Notes: generated by a model not told the origin, from the letters alone. A stretch of DNA of 64,000 bases from Octopus vulgaris (GCA_951406725.2 OX597817.1:75020001-75084000); one strand, 5' to 3'; numbered from the stretch's first letter, positions 22,226 to 35,262 are shown. A program made the numbers and translations.

Positions 22226-23015
22226 TCTATATATATAAAACTCAACTTGTGTGTCTGTGTGTGTATCTGTGTGTGTGTCCATGTGTTTAACTTCCCGGCA
22301 CATCTCCTCCTAGCCAACAAATCATAGAACCACCAAAAATGGGTCACTTAAAGTTTAGGCGAATGAAAATTGAACTGCACTATTTCTGTTCCGAAATTCA
22401 TCTCACAAGTGCAAAAATCGATAATGTGTTTGTTTAGGCCTTATCCCATGCATTGCATAGTGAACTTTACTCAGTCAGCTGTTTGATGTGAACTGTGTTC
22501 ACCACGCATGCAAGCATGCGTAAATTGCATGAAAAATAAAAAATCAAGATATAAAAACAAATCGCCGTAAACATTGTAGAAATTTGGCAAAGAAATGAAT
22601 TTTCGGGATGTCGCCTGGAGGGGTTTTTCGTATTAATTGTTTGGACTTTGTGAACACATACCAATTGTTTTCATAACATTTTTAACGCTTTGAATTAAAT
22701 GTGACCATTTTGTGTTGAGTCTGCAGTTTGAATCACTTTAACCAAATTTTAGCAGGCCGGATTTTTGATCATCACGATAGATCGCCAGCGACTCCCTGAA
22801 ACTCCCTGAAACAACAATGCAATTATTTGATCAACAAAAATTTATGAAACGCTTCTACGTACTTCCTATTGAGGAAATGGAACACATAAGCGCAAAAATA
22901 GAGGGCATTAAATGCTTGATTTTAAAACCAAAATAATTGAATTTTGATTGAACTTCATCCAAGTGTAGCTTAATTCGCGCATGCATAGAACGCACAAGCC
23001 GGGCAATACTGCTAG
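22226..23015 (+). mobile_element. non-autonomous Helitron
   Basis: A|TCTATATATATAAAAC start; ends GCCGGGCAATACTGCTAG|T like the 19807 end; inserted between A and T. Confidence 0.78.
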
Positions 23016-23069
23016 TATTGCATAAAAACAGTTTTGAAAGACCATAGACATGAATGAAGAATTGCAAGA

Positions 23070-23896
23070 GGATCTTTTCCTTTTGAACAGCACTGTGTAA
23101 CATAATTTCTAGTTAACTAAAACTTTTAAACTCTGTATACTGGAAGAATGTGTTTATAAAACATCATTTTTTCTTGGCTTTATTGAGAAAATTCTATATG
23201 TTGTAACATATTTTTTCTTTAATTTCGGGCATTTAGGCAATTTTAACCAATCGCTGACCTCCATTTAGGTAAACAACATTCCGTGCTGTATGAATATGTC
23301 CCTCGTTTAAGAAACAGATTGGGTTCATTTACATTTGTGAAGAAAAAAGGATACCCTTCCCCCACCCTTAACCCTAACCCCTAACTAACCCTAACTCTAA
23401 AATAGATTGAAATGCAATAGATCGATACTAGGGTTATAATTATGGGTGACATTTTCATACGACACCGCTACGGAAATGGGATTTTTTTCTAGCGGTGTCA
23501 AATGAAAATGTCACCCATAATTATGGCCCTAGTATCGATCTATTGCATTTCAATCTATTTTAGATTTAGGGTTAGAGTTAGGGTGAGTTAGGGTTAGGGT
23601 TGGGGGAAGGGTATCTTTTTTCTTCACAAATGTAAATAAACCCAATCTGTTTCTTAAACGAGGGACATATTCATACAGCACGGAATGTTGTTTACCTAAA
23701 TGAAGGTCAGCGATTGGCTAAAATTGCCGAAATGCTCGATATTAAAGACGAAATATGTTACAACATATAGAATTTTCTCAATAAAGCCAAGAAAAAAATG
23801 ATGTTTTATAAACACATTCTACCAGTATACGAAGTTTAAAAGTGTTTAGTTAACTAGAAATTATGTTACAAAGTGCCGTTCAAAAGGAAAAGATCC
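23070..23896. mobile_element. foldback DNA transposon (Merlin/MULE-like, non-autonomous), ~400-bp arms containing (TTAGGG)-like repeats
   Basis: Arms 23070-23470 and 23490-23896 are reverse complements with a 19-bp spacer. Termini GGATC...GATCC; exact 8-bp TSD TTGCAAGA (23062-23069 / 23897-23904). Confidence 0.92.
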
Positions 23897-24477
23897 TTGC
23901 AAGAAAGAAGCCAACGGTTTTAAAAGCTAATAAGACTGAAAGAGTTGACTGAACAGAAAAGTTTTGCAACAAGGAACTCCAAGTTGTGGTTACTAAAAAT
24001 ATGGCCTGACGAAAGCGATTTTTCCAATCTAATACAAAACTATATGGGGCACAGCTAAACTGAAACATCAAAGCTAAACCACTTGCAAAGGGACTGTTAA
24101 ACATGGGGGAGTTGGGGGGGGGGGTGAATGGTTGGAGCAAGAGGCTGACCAGACCTCATTTTTGTTGGAAAAAAAAAAATTTAATGGCCCAGAATGCTCT
24201 TAAATACTTTAAAAGGGTCTATCACCCATCTTTTCTGATGTGGGAATCGATAAGAAGACCATTAAAAAAAAAAAAAACAATTAGGGGACAAGCCATACAA
24301 GCAAGTAAGGAATCACAAATTTGGGAATAAAATCACCCATTTGAGTTCCTCAAACCCCAATCTTAATCCAATGGAACATATATGAGAACATCCAGATAGA
24401 ATGTTATTGTAGGCCACTGAATATTTCTGTATTATTCCAACCTACATGTATATCAATAGGTTGAGTGAGAGTATGTA

Positions 24478-24517
<40 letters not shown>

Positions 24518-24825
24518 CATGCGTGTGTGCGCGCGCTAGTGAGAAAGGAAGCACATGCGTTTCCGTGTTTTTCCATGAAGAATATATTGGAATATTGAAA
24601 TAAGTTAAGAATTAAATTAACTCGATAAATTCAGCATTATTTTAGAATTGATAACGAAAAGGAAATTTAATCCTGAAATAAAATAGTGTCTGTTGTTAGA
24701 ATTAAAGGCGTAAAAGTAAAATATAATTAGAATTTAACTCTTAAAAAAAGATCAAAAACAAATCCACTTTGACTTAAGAAGTAGAATATAAAGCGAAAAT
24801 AATAATTGAATCATTAAAAACAAAC

Positions 24826-24965
24826 TTTTTTTCGTTTTCTTCTTTATCCTTACAAAGGTAGACAGTGCCAAAATGACCCGATCCGAGTTTTTTCCCAATT
24901 ACATATCTTTCAGCCAGGACTGTTGGTACTTTATTTGAGCCTTCTACAGGACGATTGGTTATCAT
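24826..24965 (-). CDS. NEK11: NEK11-like kinase, first coding exon (Gly-rich loop)
   Basis: MITNRPVEGSNKVPTVLAERYVIGKKLGSGHFGTVYLCKDKEENEK (cf. NEK11 LIARRYVLQQKLGSGSFGTVYLVSD). 140 nt ending in phase 2 at aa|gtttgt, which joins exon 862-1033 in frame. Confidence 0.92.
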
Positions 24966-25309
24966 TTTAGATGCAAATCAGTTTTCTTTTTGTAATCCTT
25001 AATATTTCCTAGGAAGTGAATTGAGATGAAAGTGGACCCGAAAATAAAATTCCAAAATGCGTCCTCTAGAACAAAGGGTATTGATCGATTACTCATTAAG
25101 AGTGGGTCGGTCGAACCAGAATACTATTGTCTTGTTAATTGTTTTTCTTTAAATCAGAACCAACGTGCTCAGTGAAGCGGTTACTTATTTTGACGCAAAA
25201 TTAATAACAACCTCTCAAGTAAAACGTTGATTTAAATCCATCTGGAGATAGACATATATATTTTTTAATTAATCACTTAACAAGTCTAAGGTACATTTGT
25301 AAAAAAACT

Positions 25310-25323
25310 GTAACCATAGCAAC
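25310..25323. promoter_or_regulatory. RFX X-box in the divergent promoter region
   Basis: GTAACCATAGCAAC fits GTNRCC-N(0-3)-RGYAAC, ~345 bp upstream of the NEK11 ATG. Further half-sites TATAGTAAC (~25468-25476) and CTTAGCAAC (25514-25522). Confidence 0.7.
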
Positions 25324-26863
25324 TGGTTAACAAGTGGGAATTTTTAAAATTTATATAAACAAATGATAAGTCTTATGTTCCGTAAAACATACTTGTAGCA
25401 TTTGTATCTAAATGTTATTTCGATACAATAAAATATAATATATACGTCAACAGAATCGGACTGAGCTTATAGTAACAAAATATTAATAATTTCTTAAATT
25501 AAGTTTGATCACCCTTAGCAACAGCTTTACGAAACTGCGGCAAAACATTTAAAAACATAATGCATGTTATTAATATTTGGCATAATTAAAGGAATATATA
25601 ATTAAGTTTTCTCACTTAAATTTGTATTTATACTTGTTTTGATTTCAAAAATCCATATGTAACTCTGTCATTTTCAATATCTGATGTTAGTTTTATTGAT
25701 TTCGAAATAGTAAACAAACCAATTAACATGAATTCTATAATGCTATGATATATTTACTTCACAGAAAATTTTAACACATAAATATTTATTTCCCTATGTG
25801 ACGAAATAGAAATGGAAATATTTAAATTTTACGATTCGTTTTAAATAGTATTTTAGATATATTATTCAGTTAGCAGTATTGTTTTAAGTGTGTACGATGC
25901 CTAATATGACGAATAAGGATTTAAATATTCAGTGCGATGGAAGGTGTGTTGTTCTTCCATGTTGCTTTGTCGGAAGGAAAAAGGTAAATATCCATTCACT
26001 TTGATATATATTCAAATCGGAATGAAATAACCTAAAATTTAGTTTTATTTTAAATAATTAGTCATTTTTGGTATTCTTTTTGAGGTCCACCGACGTTATT
26101 TCGGTAATCTATATTCTTGTCTACAATATATAATTGCGATGTCGTGTAATAGCTTCTGTATTTGTATGTATACAACACAACACAGGGAACTGGAGACTCA
26201 TGGCAAGCCGACCCCAGGAACATGAGTGATGATAATAAATATGTTTTTCCATGCAGAAAGCCCATATTAAACACACGCTGTAACGAGGTAACAGCGGAGC
26301 CCTCTACGTTTGTCCAATCTTGCTAGAAATAGGAAGCAAATCTTCAAAAGATGGGTCAGAATAAATATACTTCCTGAACCGGCCTTTTCACTTTTCTAGC
26401 ATCAATGTCCTTCTCGTTGTTCTACGAAGGGTTTTCCTATTGTGAACTGTAAAAATACATGACTAAAGGTGTGAGGTTTGTTGAATACATGAGCAACTTA
26501 AGGAATATAATGTAAATCAAATCATTAGTATTGTACTGTTTTCACTGGTTGGAAATATGAAATTGTTTCGATTTCTCAGGATGAAAATGTAATTAGAAAT
26601 GCAATATCTTGTTTTTACTCTTCAAATATATTCATCCACTTATGTTTCTGGTCATCACTGGAACTGAAAGCAGTGAAGCAATCATTTCTCAGACAAATGG
26701 TGAGAACGTTTCTGTAAACATTGAAACGCTGTTGCTTTAATGTGAAACTATCAAAATTATTGGTATTTTCTTTGACATATCAAGCGGATAGTTGATTACA
26801 TCAATCTGAGTTCTTGAGTGGATTTAGTAGGAAAAAACTGAAAGAAGCCCTTCACTCGCGCGC

Positions 26864-26920
<57 letters not shown>

Positions 26921-27013
26921 TGTATACTCACACACACACACATTGTTTTCTTACAATTTCCATCTCAGAGTGAATTCGGTAAATTAAAACTTACAGAGCT
27001 GCTTTGAGTATGT

Positions 27014-27079
<66 letters not shown>

Positions 27080-27180
27080 TTTATCCAAACATGAAAACAC
27101 AAAGAGAAAACACAACAATGTGAGGTCGTGGAACATGTATAGTGTTATTAGACGCTCAGGAAAGGAAAGAAAGAAGGGGG

Positions 27181-27215
27181 ATTTAACGTTTCAAGCGGAG
27201 CTCTTCGTCAGAAAC
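27181..27215 (-). ncRNA. minimal hammerhead motif in a Penelope-like terminal fragment (~27080-27283)
   Basis: Minus strand GTTT-CTGACGA-A-GAGC-TCC-GCTT-GAAACGTT-AAAT; palindromic ACGT stem III; same family as 36855. Confidence 0.65.
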
Positions 27216-27285
27216 ATAGAAAAAGGAAAGGTCCAAGGAAGGTAAGACGGAGAAAGAAAATCGCTAACGATATACACGCGGTCGA

Positions 27286-30200
27286 TAGTAATCCCTTGGT
27301 ATTTGTGGGGGTTATGTTCCTAGAGCACCCTCTAATAGTGAAAAACTGCGAATATTGGAGAGGTGGTCCATCTCCTATAAATGTTAAAATAGAACGTTAT
27401 ATATATATGTACAATACTTAATTATAATTTAATAAAAAAAATAAAGTAAAATGTACGGTTACTCACCAATAATGAATGATATTGATTTAAAAAACACCAT
27501 TTGAGCATGGTTGCTGCCAGTGCTGCCTGACTGGCTCCTGTGCCAGTGACACGTAAAAAGCACCATTCGAGCATGGTCGATGCTAGTGCCAACTGACGTC
27601 CTGTGCTGGTGGCATGTAAAAAGTACTATTCAAGTATGGTCGATGCCAGTACTGCCTGACTGGCCCTTGTGTCAGTGGCACCTAAAAAGCACTCACTACA
27701 CTCTTGGAGTGCTTGGTATTAGGAAGGGGATCCAGCTGTAGAAACTTTGCCAGATCAGATTGGAGCCTGGTGCAGCCTTCTGGCCTGCCAGCCCTCAGTC
27801 AAACCATCCAACCCATGCCAACATGGAAAGCAAATGTTAAACGTCAATGATGATGATGAAAATAATGAAGGTAATGACTGCACAGCAAAAAAGATTTAAA
27901 TCTCTTCAGGTGTTTTAGGGGATGTTGTATCTTCGTGCAAGGCTTTCTTCGTGAACTTGAGGAACATTGTGATGGGAAGTTGCTGTCGTTGTTTCTTCAT
28001 GGTGGTGAGGAGAGGTTTATATGTCTGCATGGCAGCATCGATGACATTTTTAAATTGGAAAGACCGAAACATGTAGGGATCTCATGCTTCTGCCTTCCCT
28101 TGCAACTCCTTTGCTGTCCTTAAACGGTCTGACAGACGTTTGATTGCCAAGCCCACCTCATCCTCTCTTCCACTGGATCTGGCGCTTCCTCCTTCTCTTC
28201 ACTGGCAGACTTTGTTAACTCCAACAAATCTTCATTTGTCAGGGTTTCAGAGTGGGCAGTGATGAGGTCATTGACCTCATCTTGCATGATGTCATCAGAA
28301 CATTCGCCACCACGTCCCTTTGCCAGTTCAAGCACATTGTTGACAGCCTTCTGCCAAATATCTTCAAGTGAGAAACCCTCATACTCCTGGGCACACTCTG
28401 GCCACACCTTCTTCTAGCATGCATTGGGGGTTTCTTTTTTCATGTCTTTTAAGAGTAGTGTGGATGATTGGCAGGCACTTAGTGATCATGAAGTTACGCC
28501 AGTGCCCCTTTAACTTGAAATTCTCGTCCAAATCCATTGTATCCACAAGGTGTTGGAGAGTTCTGAGTGTAAAGTGCCCTGAAGGCATGAATCATGCCTT
28601 GATTCATAGGCTGGATGAGGGAGGTGGTGTTGGCAGGGAGGAAGTTGACTTGGACTCCCTCATGATTCAAATCCAAAGAGTGACCACCAGGATTATCCAT
28701 AACAAGCAACAGCTTGAATTCTATGTATATGTTTTGAAAGTATTCCTTATCTTGAGGGATGAAGCACTAGTGGCACCAATTCAAAGTTAGACTTTTGGTA
28801 ATCCAGGCCTTGCGGTTGTGCATCCAGTGTATTTTTGAAGGCCCTCAGGTTCATGGACTTGTAGTTAAATCCTGGTTTCATCACGAAGCCAGCAGCATTG
28901 CCACACATAATTAGTGTTGCTTTGTCCTTCTGTGCCTTAAATCCTGAGGCTCTGGCTTTGCCTTCATGGTATATGTTCTGGAAGGCATCTTCTTCCAGAA
29001 CAAGCCAGTCTCAACTATATTGAAAACCTGTTTGGACTTGTATCCCTTGTCCTTGATGATCTGCCTGAAGGTCTTGAGGTACTTCTTGGCGGCTTTTTTG
29101 TCAGATGATACTATCTCTCCATGCAGGAAAACACTTTATTTTAAACTGTTTCTAGAAACAGTCAAACCATCACTTGCTGGCTTGAAAATCTTTGGGCTCC
29201 AGTGCTGTCAATGGTCTTGGTTGCATTTCTTCAGTACCTTCTGCTCCATCACCTCTGTTGAACTGCTGGTATAATTTCTGCTCTTTCTCGCAGATAATAT
29301 TACTGCTCTAGGGGATGTTTTTCTTTTTGCAGTCACTGATCCATAATGCCAAAGTAGAGTCCGTCCTGACAAAGTGCTTATTTTTCACTATCATTATCTT
29401 TTTAGTATTTCACAGAAACTTACTCCTACAGTAGTTGTGATCACCACCTCGTTCTTCTTTATGTAGCATACAGTGCTTTCATTGACAACATAATACTGCA
29501 GCATATCTTTTACCTTCTCGGAACATATCCAGCAGTTGTGCCATCACATGGAGCATCATAACCTTTTCCTGGTGCTTAGGTTCATTGCCAGAAACCTTAG
29601 GTGTAGGGCATTTGGGCGGCATCTTAGGGCTTTAATGACATGCTGCGAAAAACACAGCACTCAATAAAATACTCTAGATAGCTACTGGATACAGTTTTCC
29701 CCAAAAAACCCTACAAAATCTTCCTTTCATATAATATGCGCATACCACCAATGGGAGATTGAGAAGAGATTAAAAATAATCATGGCTTTGAAAAATTTAG
29801 TTTGTATTACCACTAGATACAGTAATCTATACTATAATAATAAGAGAGAGAGGGACCAGCAAGTAACCTAATTTCAATGAGGCTATATTGGCTCACAACC
29901 TTAAAAATTATTCTGTTGAAATAAACAATGAGTATGGCCAAATATAGCGATGATTTAAAAAAAACGCTGGTATAAAATTAACATTCATTCTCCTGTCGTA
30001 TATATCATTGATCTCTCATCACTAGCCCAAGTAATACTGGTGTGATACTATATATATATATATACATACATACATACATATATACATTCACTACAGTGAA
30101 AGGTGGTTGTTGAGAGACAAACACAGTGAGAGAGGGAGAGAGAGTGTGTATGTATGAAATATAGATAGATGTCGTTATACTAATTAGCATGCTTTGATTG

Positions 30201-30496
30201 AAAGCAGGAATAAGAGATACATGATACAGTATACTTGTATCTAAAACAATCAAGTGACATGATGCACAGCTATTCTAATCAGACAGAGCTTCAACTGCGA
30301 ATGGGTGTCCAGTAAGCCGGCAAATTCGGTATATTGTTATTAATAATTTAGCCTTAAAAGTGTGAAAAAAATATATATTGCCACGAAAAAGCCGTAAAAA
30401 ATTGCGGGCAATATTTACGATGTCGCAAATATGCAGTGGTTTCTGCAAATACCTGGGACTGTGAATGCCAAACCACGAATAAGCGGGGGTAGACTA
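27286..30496 (-). mobile_element. decayed full-length Tigger/pogo DNA transposon
   Basis: Degenerate TIRs (TAGTAATCCCTTGGTATTTGTGG / CCACGAATAAGCGGGGGTAGACTA|TA). Transposase remnants run from ATG ~29622 and include CGNAAGFVMKPG and LLVMDNPGGH...FLPANTTSLIQPMNQGMIHAFRALY, with multiple frameshifts. Confidence 0.85.
27495..27858 (+). mobile_element. RTE 3' UTR fragment inserted in the Tigger element
   Basis: Three internal tandem units (CCAGTGCTGCCTGACTGGC...AAAAAGCAC) plus the family tail with (GAT)n. Confidence 0.8.
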
Positions 30497-30881
30497 TACA
30501 CACACATACATACACATATGAGCACATTGGTGCAAAACAAGGTGGAGGAAAAGAGTACCTGAATACCAGAGGTAAAATACAATTCTAATGAAGCTGAAAA
30601 ACCTTAAACTCTTACTCCATTGTTTAATGTAACCATTCATCAAACACTTGTGGGAATTCAAAATAATACAAAAGTTTTGTGATGCTAATAATATTTTAAG
30701 CTACAGGGTGACACTCAAGCACACATCTATGAGTGTATTGCACCTTATAGCAGAAACAGCTGTAAGCTAATTGGAGTTCATAAAATAATTGTTATATCCT
30801 TTGTCATCCCAATTTCCTATATATATTGTATGTATGTAGTGTTTGAAGTGGTGTACAGATAATGTGTATTAAGAAGAGGGA

Positions 30882-31270
30882 GGCGCAGAAGTGGCTGTGT
30901 GGTAAGTAGCTTGCTAACCAACCACATGGTTCCGGGTTCAGTCCCACTGCGTGGCATCTTGGGCAAGTGTCTTCTGCTATAGCCCCAGGCCGACCAATGC
31001 CTTGTGAGTGGATTTGGTTGACGGAAACTGAAAGAAGCCTGTTGTATATATGTATATATATATGTATGTGTGTGTGTTTGTACCCCTAGCATTGCTTGAC
31101 AACCGATGCTGGTGTGTTTATGTCCTCATCACTTAGTGGTTCAGCAAAAGAGACCGATAGAGTAAGTACTGGGCTTACAAAAAATAAGTCCCGGGGTCGA
31201 TTTGCTCGACTAAAGGCGGTGCTCCAGCATGGCCGCAGTCAAATGACTGAAACAAGTAAAAGAGTAAAGA
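30882..31270 (+). mobile_element. tRNA-derived (CORE-type) SINE, full length
   Basis: GGCGCAGAAGTGGCTGTGTGGTAAG (A box), GGTTCAGTCCC (B box), CTTGGGCAAGTGTC core, GTAAAAGA tail. Related copies at ~5380, ~6222, ~43455, 48512, ~54898, ~58410 and 59751. Confidence 0.85.
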
Positions 31271-31635
31271 GAGAGTCAGAATTTTGGATAATTCTTTATT
31301 AGCGCTTTCATCCATTCAGTCAAATTCCTCAGTGCACAGAAAATTTCTTCAGCTTTATAAAAATTGAAGAGGATGTTGTTTTGTTTAGTAGGGGAGAAAG
31401 AGAAAAGAGGAAGGCAGGGACAAGAAATTAAAAGATATCATGAATCTTGGGATGGTCTTTGACTAACTCCTGGTTGATGCAAATGACCTTTCAAGATGTG
31501 AATTTTGTTTTCTGGAGAAAGGCAGGAAGAAGGAAAAGAAAGAAAAGAAAAGAGGAAGAGACACTGAGAGAAAAAGCTTCTTTTCAACTATATTGAAATC
31601 TAATTGATGTTCAAGATGTCATTCTTGATTCAGTC

Positions 31636-31725
<90 letters not shown>

Positions 31726-32192
31726 TTTTAGTTTCTGTCTTCCAAATTCACTCCCAAGGATTTTCTATATATGTGCCTGTGTGTCCTTGTCTCAAGAGTG
31801 CACACTGGATGTTAAATGAATGTCACCATTCATCTTCATAAAAGCAGTGTTGTTCATTTGCAGTCTTTCATGAAATCATGTCCATCAATTATGTTTGTGT
31901 TTGAAGGACTAGAGGAAATATACCTTGCTTGGATACAAGTGAGAGTTAGTGGCAAGAAAACTATTCAGCTATAGAAAATCTGTCTCATTGAATTTAGGTT
32001 TATCAATGTAAGCAAAGAAAAGCAATCATTAAAACAATAATAAGGATGATGATGCTGATTCCATTTTCATTTTTCTTTCAGTTATCAAGAGTTAGCATGA
32101 AATCATTACTGCCTTTTCCTGATTACAAAGTTGTTTGATCAGTTTGATCCTTATTTGATATTCATTTGAGGTTGACAATCCGTGGCTTCAAA

Positions 32193-32249
32193 ATGATTGA
32201 AGAATTGTCATTAGTGCATATGGTCATTATTATTTTGTTTGGTCTTTTG
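32193..32249 (+). CDS. C1orf43: C1orf43/NICE-3 homolog, first coding exon
   Basis: MIEELSLVHMVIIILFGLL|gtaagt (phase 0). Upstream acceptor ttttctttcag at 32081 implies a 5' UTR portion 32082-32192. Confidence 0.85.
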
Positions 32250-33730
32250 GTAAGTATCATGTTAAACTCTATTACACTGTTATATATACATATGTGTGTG
32301 TTGCATATATTGACCCTTCGCTCCTCTATTCACCTGCCATCTCTCTCACTGTTGCTCTCCCTTAATATCACTTACTTTTCTTGCTACCCAGAACTATTTG
32401 TTAGCCATTCTTCATCCATATATACTGTTCTCTCCACCCACATCTTACATTAATCACATCTACCACTGAATCACCAAATTATCTCTCCTTCCCCACCACT
32501 ATACATCTCTCTCCTCATGCATTGCACCTCTCTCTTCCCCCCTATTCTTGCAACCTATCCACCCACACGTCATCTCTCTCTCTCTCATCCTTCAGGTCTA
32601 CTGTATCGGCATTACTATTCTGCCATTCTCCCCTTGCTTTCTTCTGCATCCTTCTACCTCCCCCAGCTTGTATCATTGGTCATCCTCCACCCTTTATCCA
32701 CCATTTATTACCTCCACCCTTCAACCCTACCCAACATTTAAAGTTGTTGCCTAATTCTTACTCACCCCCCCTATCTCTTGTTCCCCCATATATACGCTTG
32801 CAAACCCCCACCTACTCACACTCCTAGATCCTCTATCCTTGCTCACTTCTCTCACATAGTACCTTGAGGGGCCACCCTGACACCTCATCACTACTGTTTT
32901 ATCTTTCCAGCTCCATCTGATCACTTCTACCCTCTCTTCTAAAATTTGAGTGGTCATGTATCTCCTCTATACAAGAAACTGGCTTTGTTCTCTTCTCTCG
33001 TACGTTAACCCTCAACTCCTAGCATAAAGCCACCCCTTCCCCTCCTCAGTATATTAAGAGTCCATGAAAAAATTTTGTTGTAGATGTATTTCTTGCAGAA
33101 AACAGCAAGATTTCTTTCTCTAATCTTTAAATATAAATAGCAATTTCTGTCTGTCCGTCTGTCTCCATCTTGCTGCCCAAACCAGCAAACCAATCTTCAA
33201 CAAACTTTGTATATATGTTAAATTAACATCCAGTTTAATTAAAGGTTAATTGGATTTCAATAAAAATCAATAATGGACCAATTATGGGAGTTGGGCTATA
33301 ACATAATAAAATGAGAGGAGTGAAAAGGTGTTAGGTTCAGGGAAATGTGGCATAATGAGGTAGGCTGATATCAGGGAAGGGGAGAAGACAGGAAAAGATA
33401 GACGCACATGGAATGTGAGAGACAGAGCAGGAGAGACAGAATTTTAATACTTTGTTCTTTCACTTAACGCATACACTTAGTGAATTAACTATCATATACT
33501 CAGTCAAAACTTTTACAATATGCCCAACAACAGATGTTAAACAAGTGAAAGGTAAAGTGTTTTTATATTTGTTTTCAAATCACCGTATTAAGATTTATTA
33601 AAATTTTACCAACTTACTCAAACAGTGCACTATATATAATGTCTTTCCTTTTCTTCCATAGATGAATAGCCCCTTGTCTTCCATATATATAAAAATGAGT
33701 TTGTGTGGGTGTGTGTGTATCTTCCTTATG

Positions 33731-35262
33731 CATTCGGAAACTGAGTTGCCAGTTTTGACGTATGGGGTATCAAAAGATTCAGTAATCTTATGACTACAAA
33801 ATAAACTTTATTTTCATTTACATATTTGCATTACAAAAATTTTACATTATAATCCTTTCTATAAGTCAACTATCGTAAACATTTTATACTATGATGACAA
33901 CAACAATGATGTCACATTTTCTATATGAGAGCGTACCTTAAAAGACATCCATTTCTCTATATGTTAAGATGAAATACAGCCAATCACTCTCTCTTTCACA
34001 TGCACACATATATACAAAAAAGATGTATGCCACCATTCGAGCGTGATTGTTACCAGCATTGCCTTACTGGCACTTGTGCCGGTGGCATGTGAAAAAACAT
34101 TTGAGCGAGGTTGTTGCCAGTGCTGCTGGACTGGCTCCTGTGCAGGTGGCACGTAAAAAACATCATTTGAGCATGGCTGTTGCCAGTATCGCCTGACTGG
34201 CCCTTGTGCCAGTGGCACATAAAAGCAGCCACTACACTCTCGGAGTGGTTGGCATTAGGAAGGGCATCCAGCTGTAGAAACTCTGCCTGATCGAGATTGG
34301 AGCCTGGTGCAGCCATCTTGTTCGCCAGTCCTCAGTCAAATCGTCCAACCCATGCTAGCATGGAAAGCAGACGTTAAACGATGATGATGATGATGTATGT
34401 GTATATGAAAAATGTGTGTGTGTGAAACAGAGAGAGTGACTGAGTGAGTGCCACTTACACATACAAGCAAAAAATACATACATGACAACACACTCATTCA
34501 CTCTCACTCTCCTCTCACACACACACACATCCATTTCATATACACATACATCTTTCATTTTCTGCTCTCACTTCAAAGCAAATGTTGCTGTTTTACTTTC
34601 TCTTCTCTTTCAATTTCTGCTCTAATCAAAGCATACAGGGAAAAAAAATTTACAGAAATTAATGAATACATTCAAAAATTGAGTTGCCAATTTTGATGTA
34701 TGGGGTATAAAAAGATTCAGTAATCTTTCAGCTAACAAATAAACTTTATTTTCATTTATATATTTGCATTACAAAAATTTCACATAGTCTTTCTATAATT
34801 CAGCTATCCTCAATGACATTTTATGCCTTGACGACATTATCACATTTTCTATATGAGTGTATACCTTAAAAGACATCCATTTCTCTATATGTTATGAGGA
34901 AATACAGTCACTCCCTTTCTCGCTCACATGCACACACACACAAACATACATACAAAGAAGATGTATGCATATATATTTATGTATGTGTATATGAATAATA
35001 ATGTGTGTGTATGTGAGAGAAAGCAAGTGAGTGAGTTCCACTTACACATGCAAAAAAAATACATTTGTGACAAAACACTCCTTCACTCACTCTCTCTCCC
35101 TCTCTCACGCACATATGTCCATTTCATATACACATACATGCATCTTTCACTTTCTGCTTTCACTTCAAAGCAAATGTTGCCTTTTTTCTTTCTCCTCTCT
35201 TCAATTTCTGCTCTCTTCAAAGCATAAGGAAATAAACAATTTTTTATGAAAATTAACGAACA
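33731..35262 (+). repeat. diverged tandem duplication, ~590-bp unit (33731-34669 incl. insertion; 34670-35262)
   Basis: Both units begin CATTC..AAA.TGAGTTGCCA.TTTTGA.GTATGGGGTAT and end AAATTAA.GAA; colinear throughout. Confidence 0.9.
34030..34391 (+). mobile_element. 5'-truncated RTE insertion with TSD
   Basis: Family 3' UTR and (GAT)n tail; GATGTATG at 34022-34029 and 34392-34399; absent from the second tandem unit. Confidence 0.88.

Noticed and set aside
23367-23601. Head-to-head CCCTAA/TTAGGG arrays as a telomere fusion site
   Set aside because: Arrays are short, point outward as part of 400-bp transposon arms, and are bounded by a TSD.
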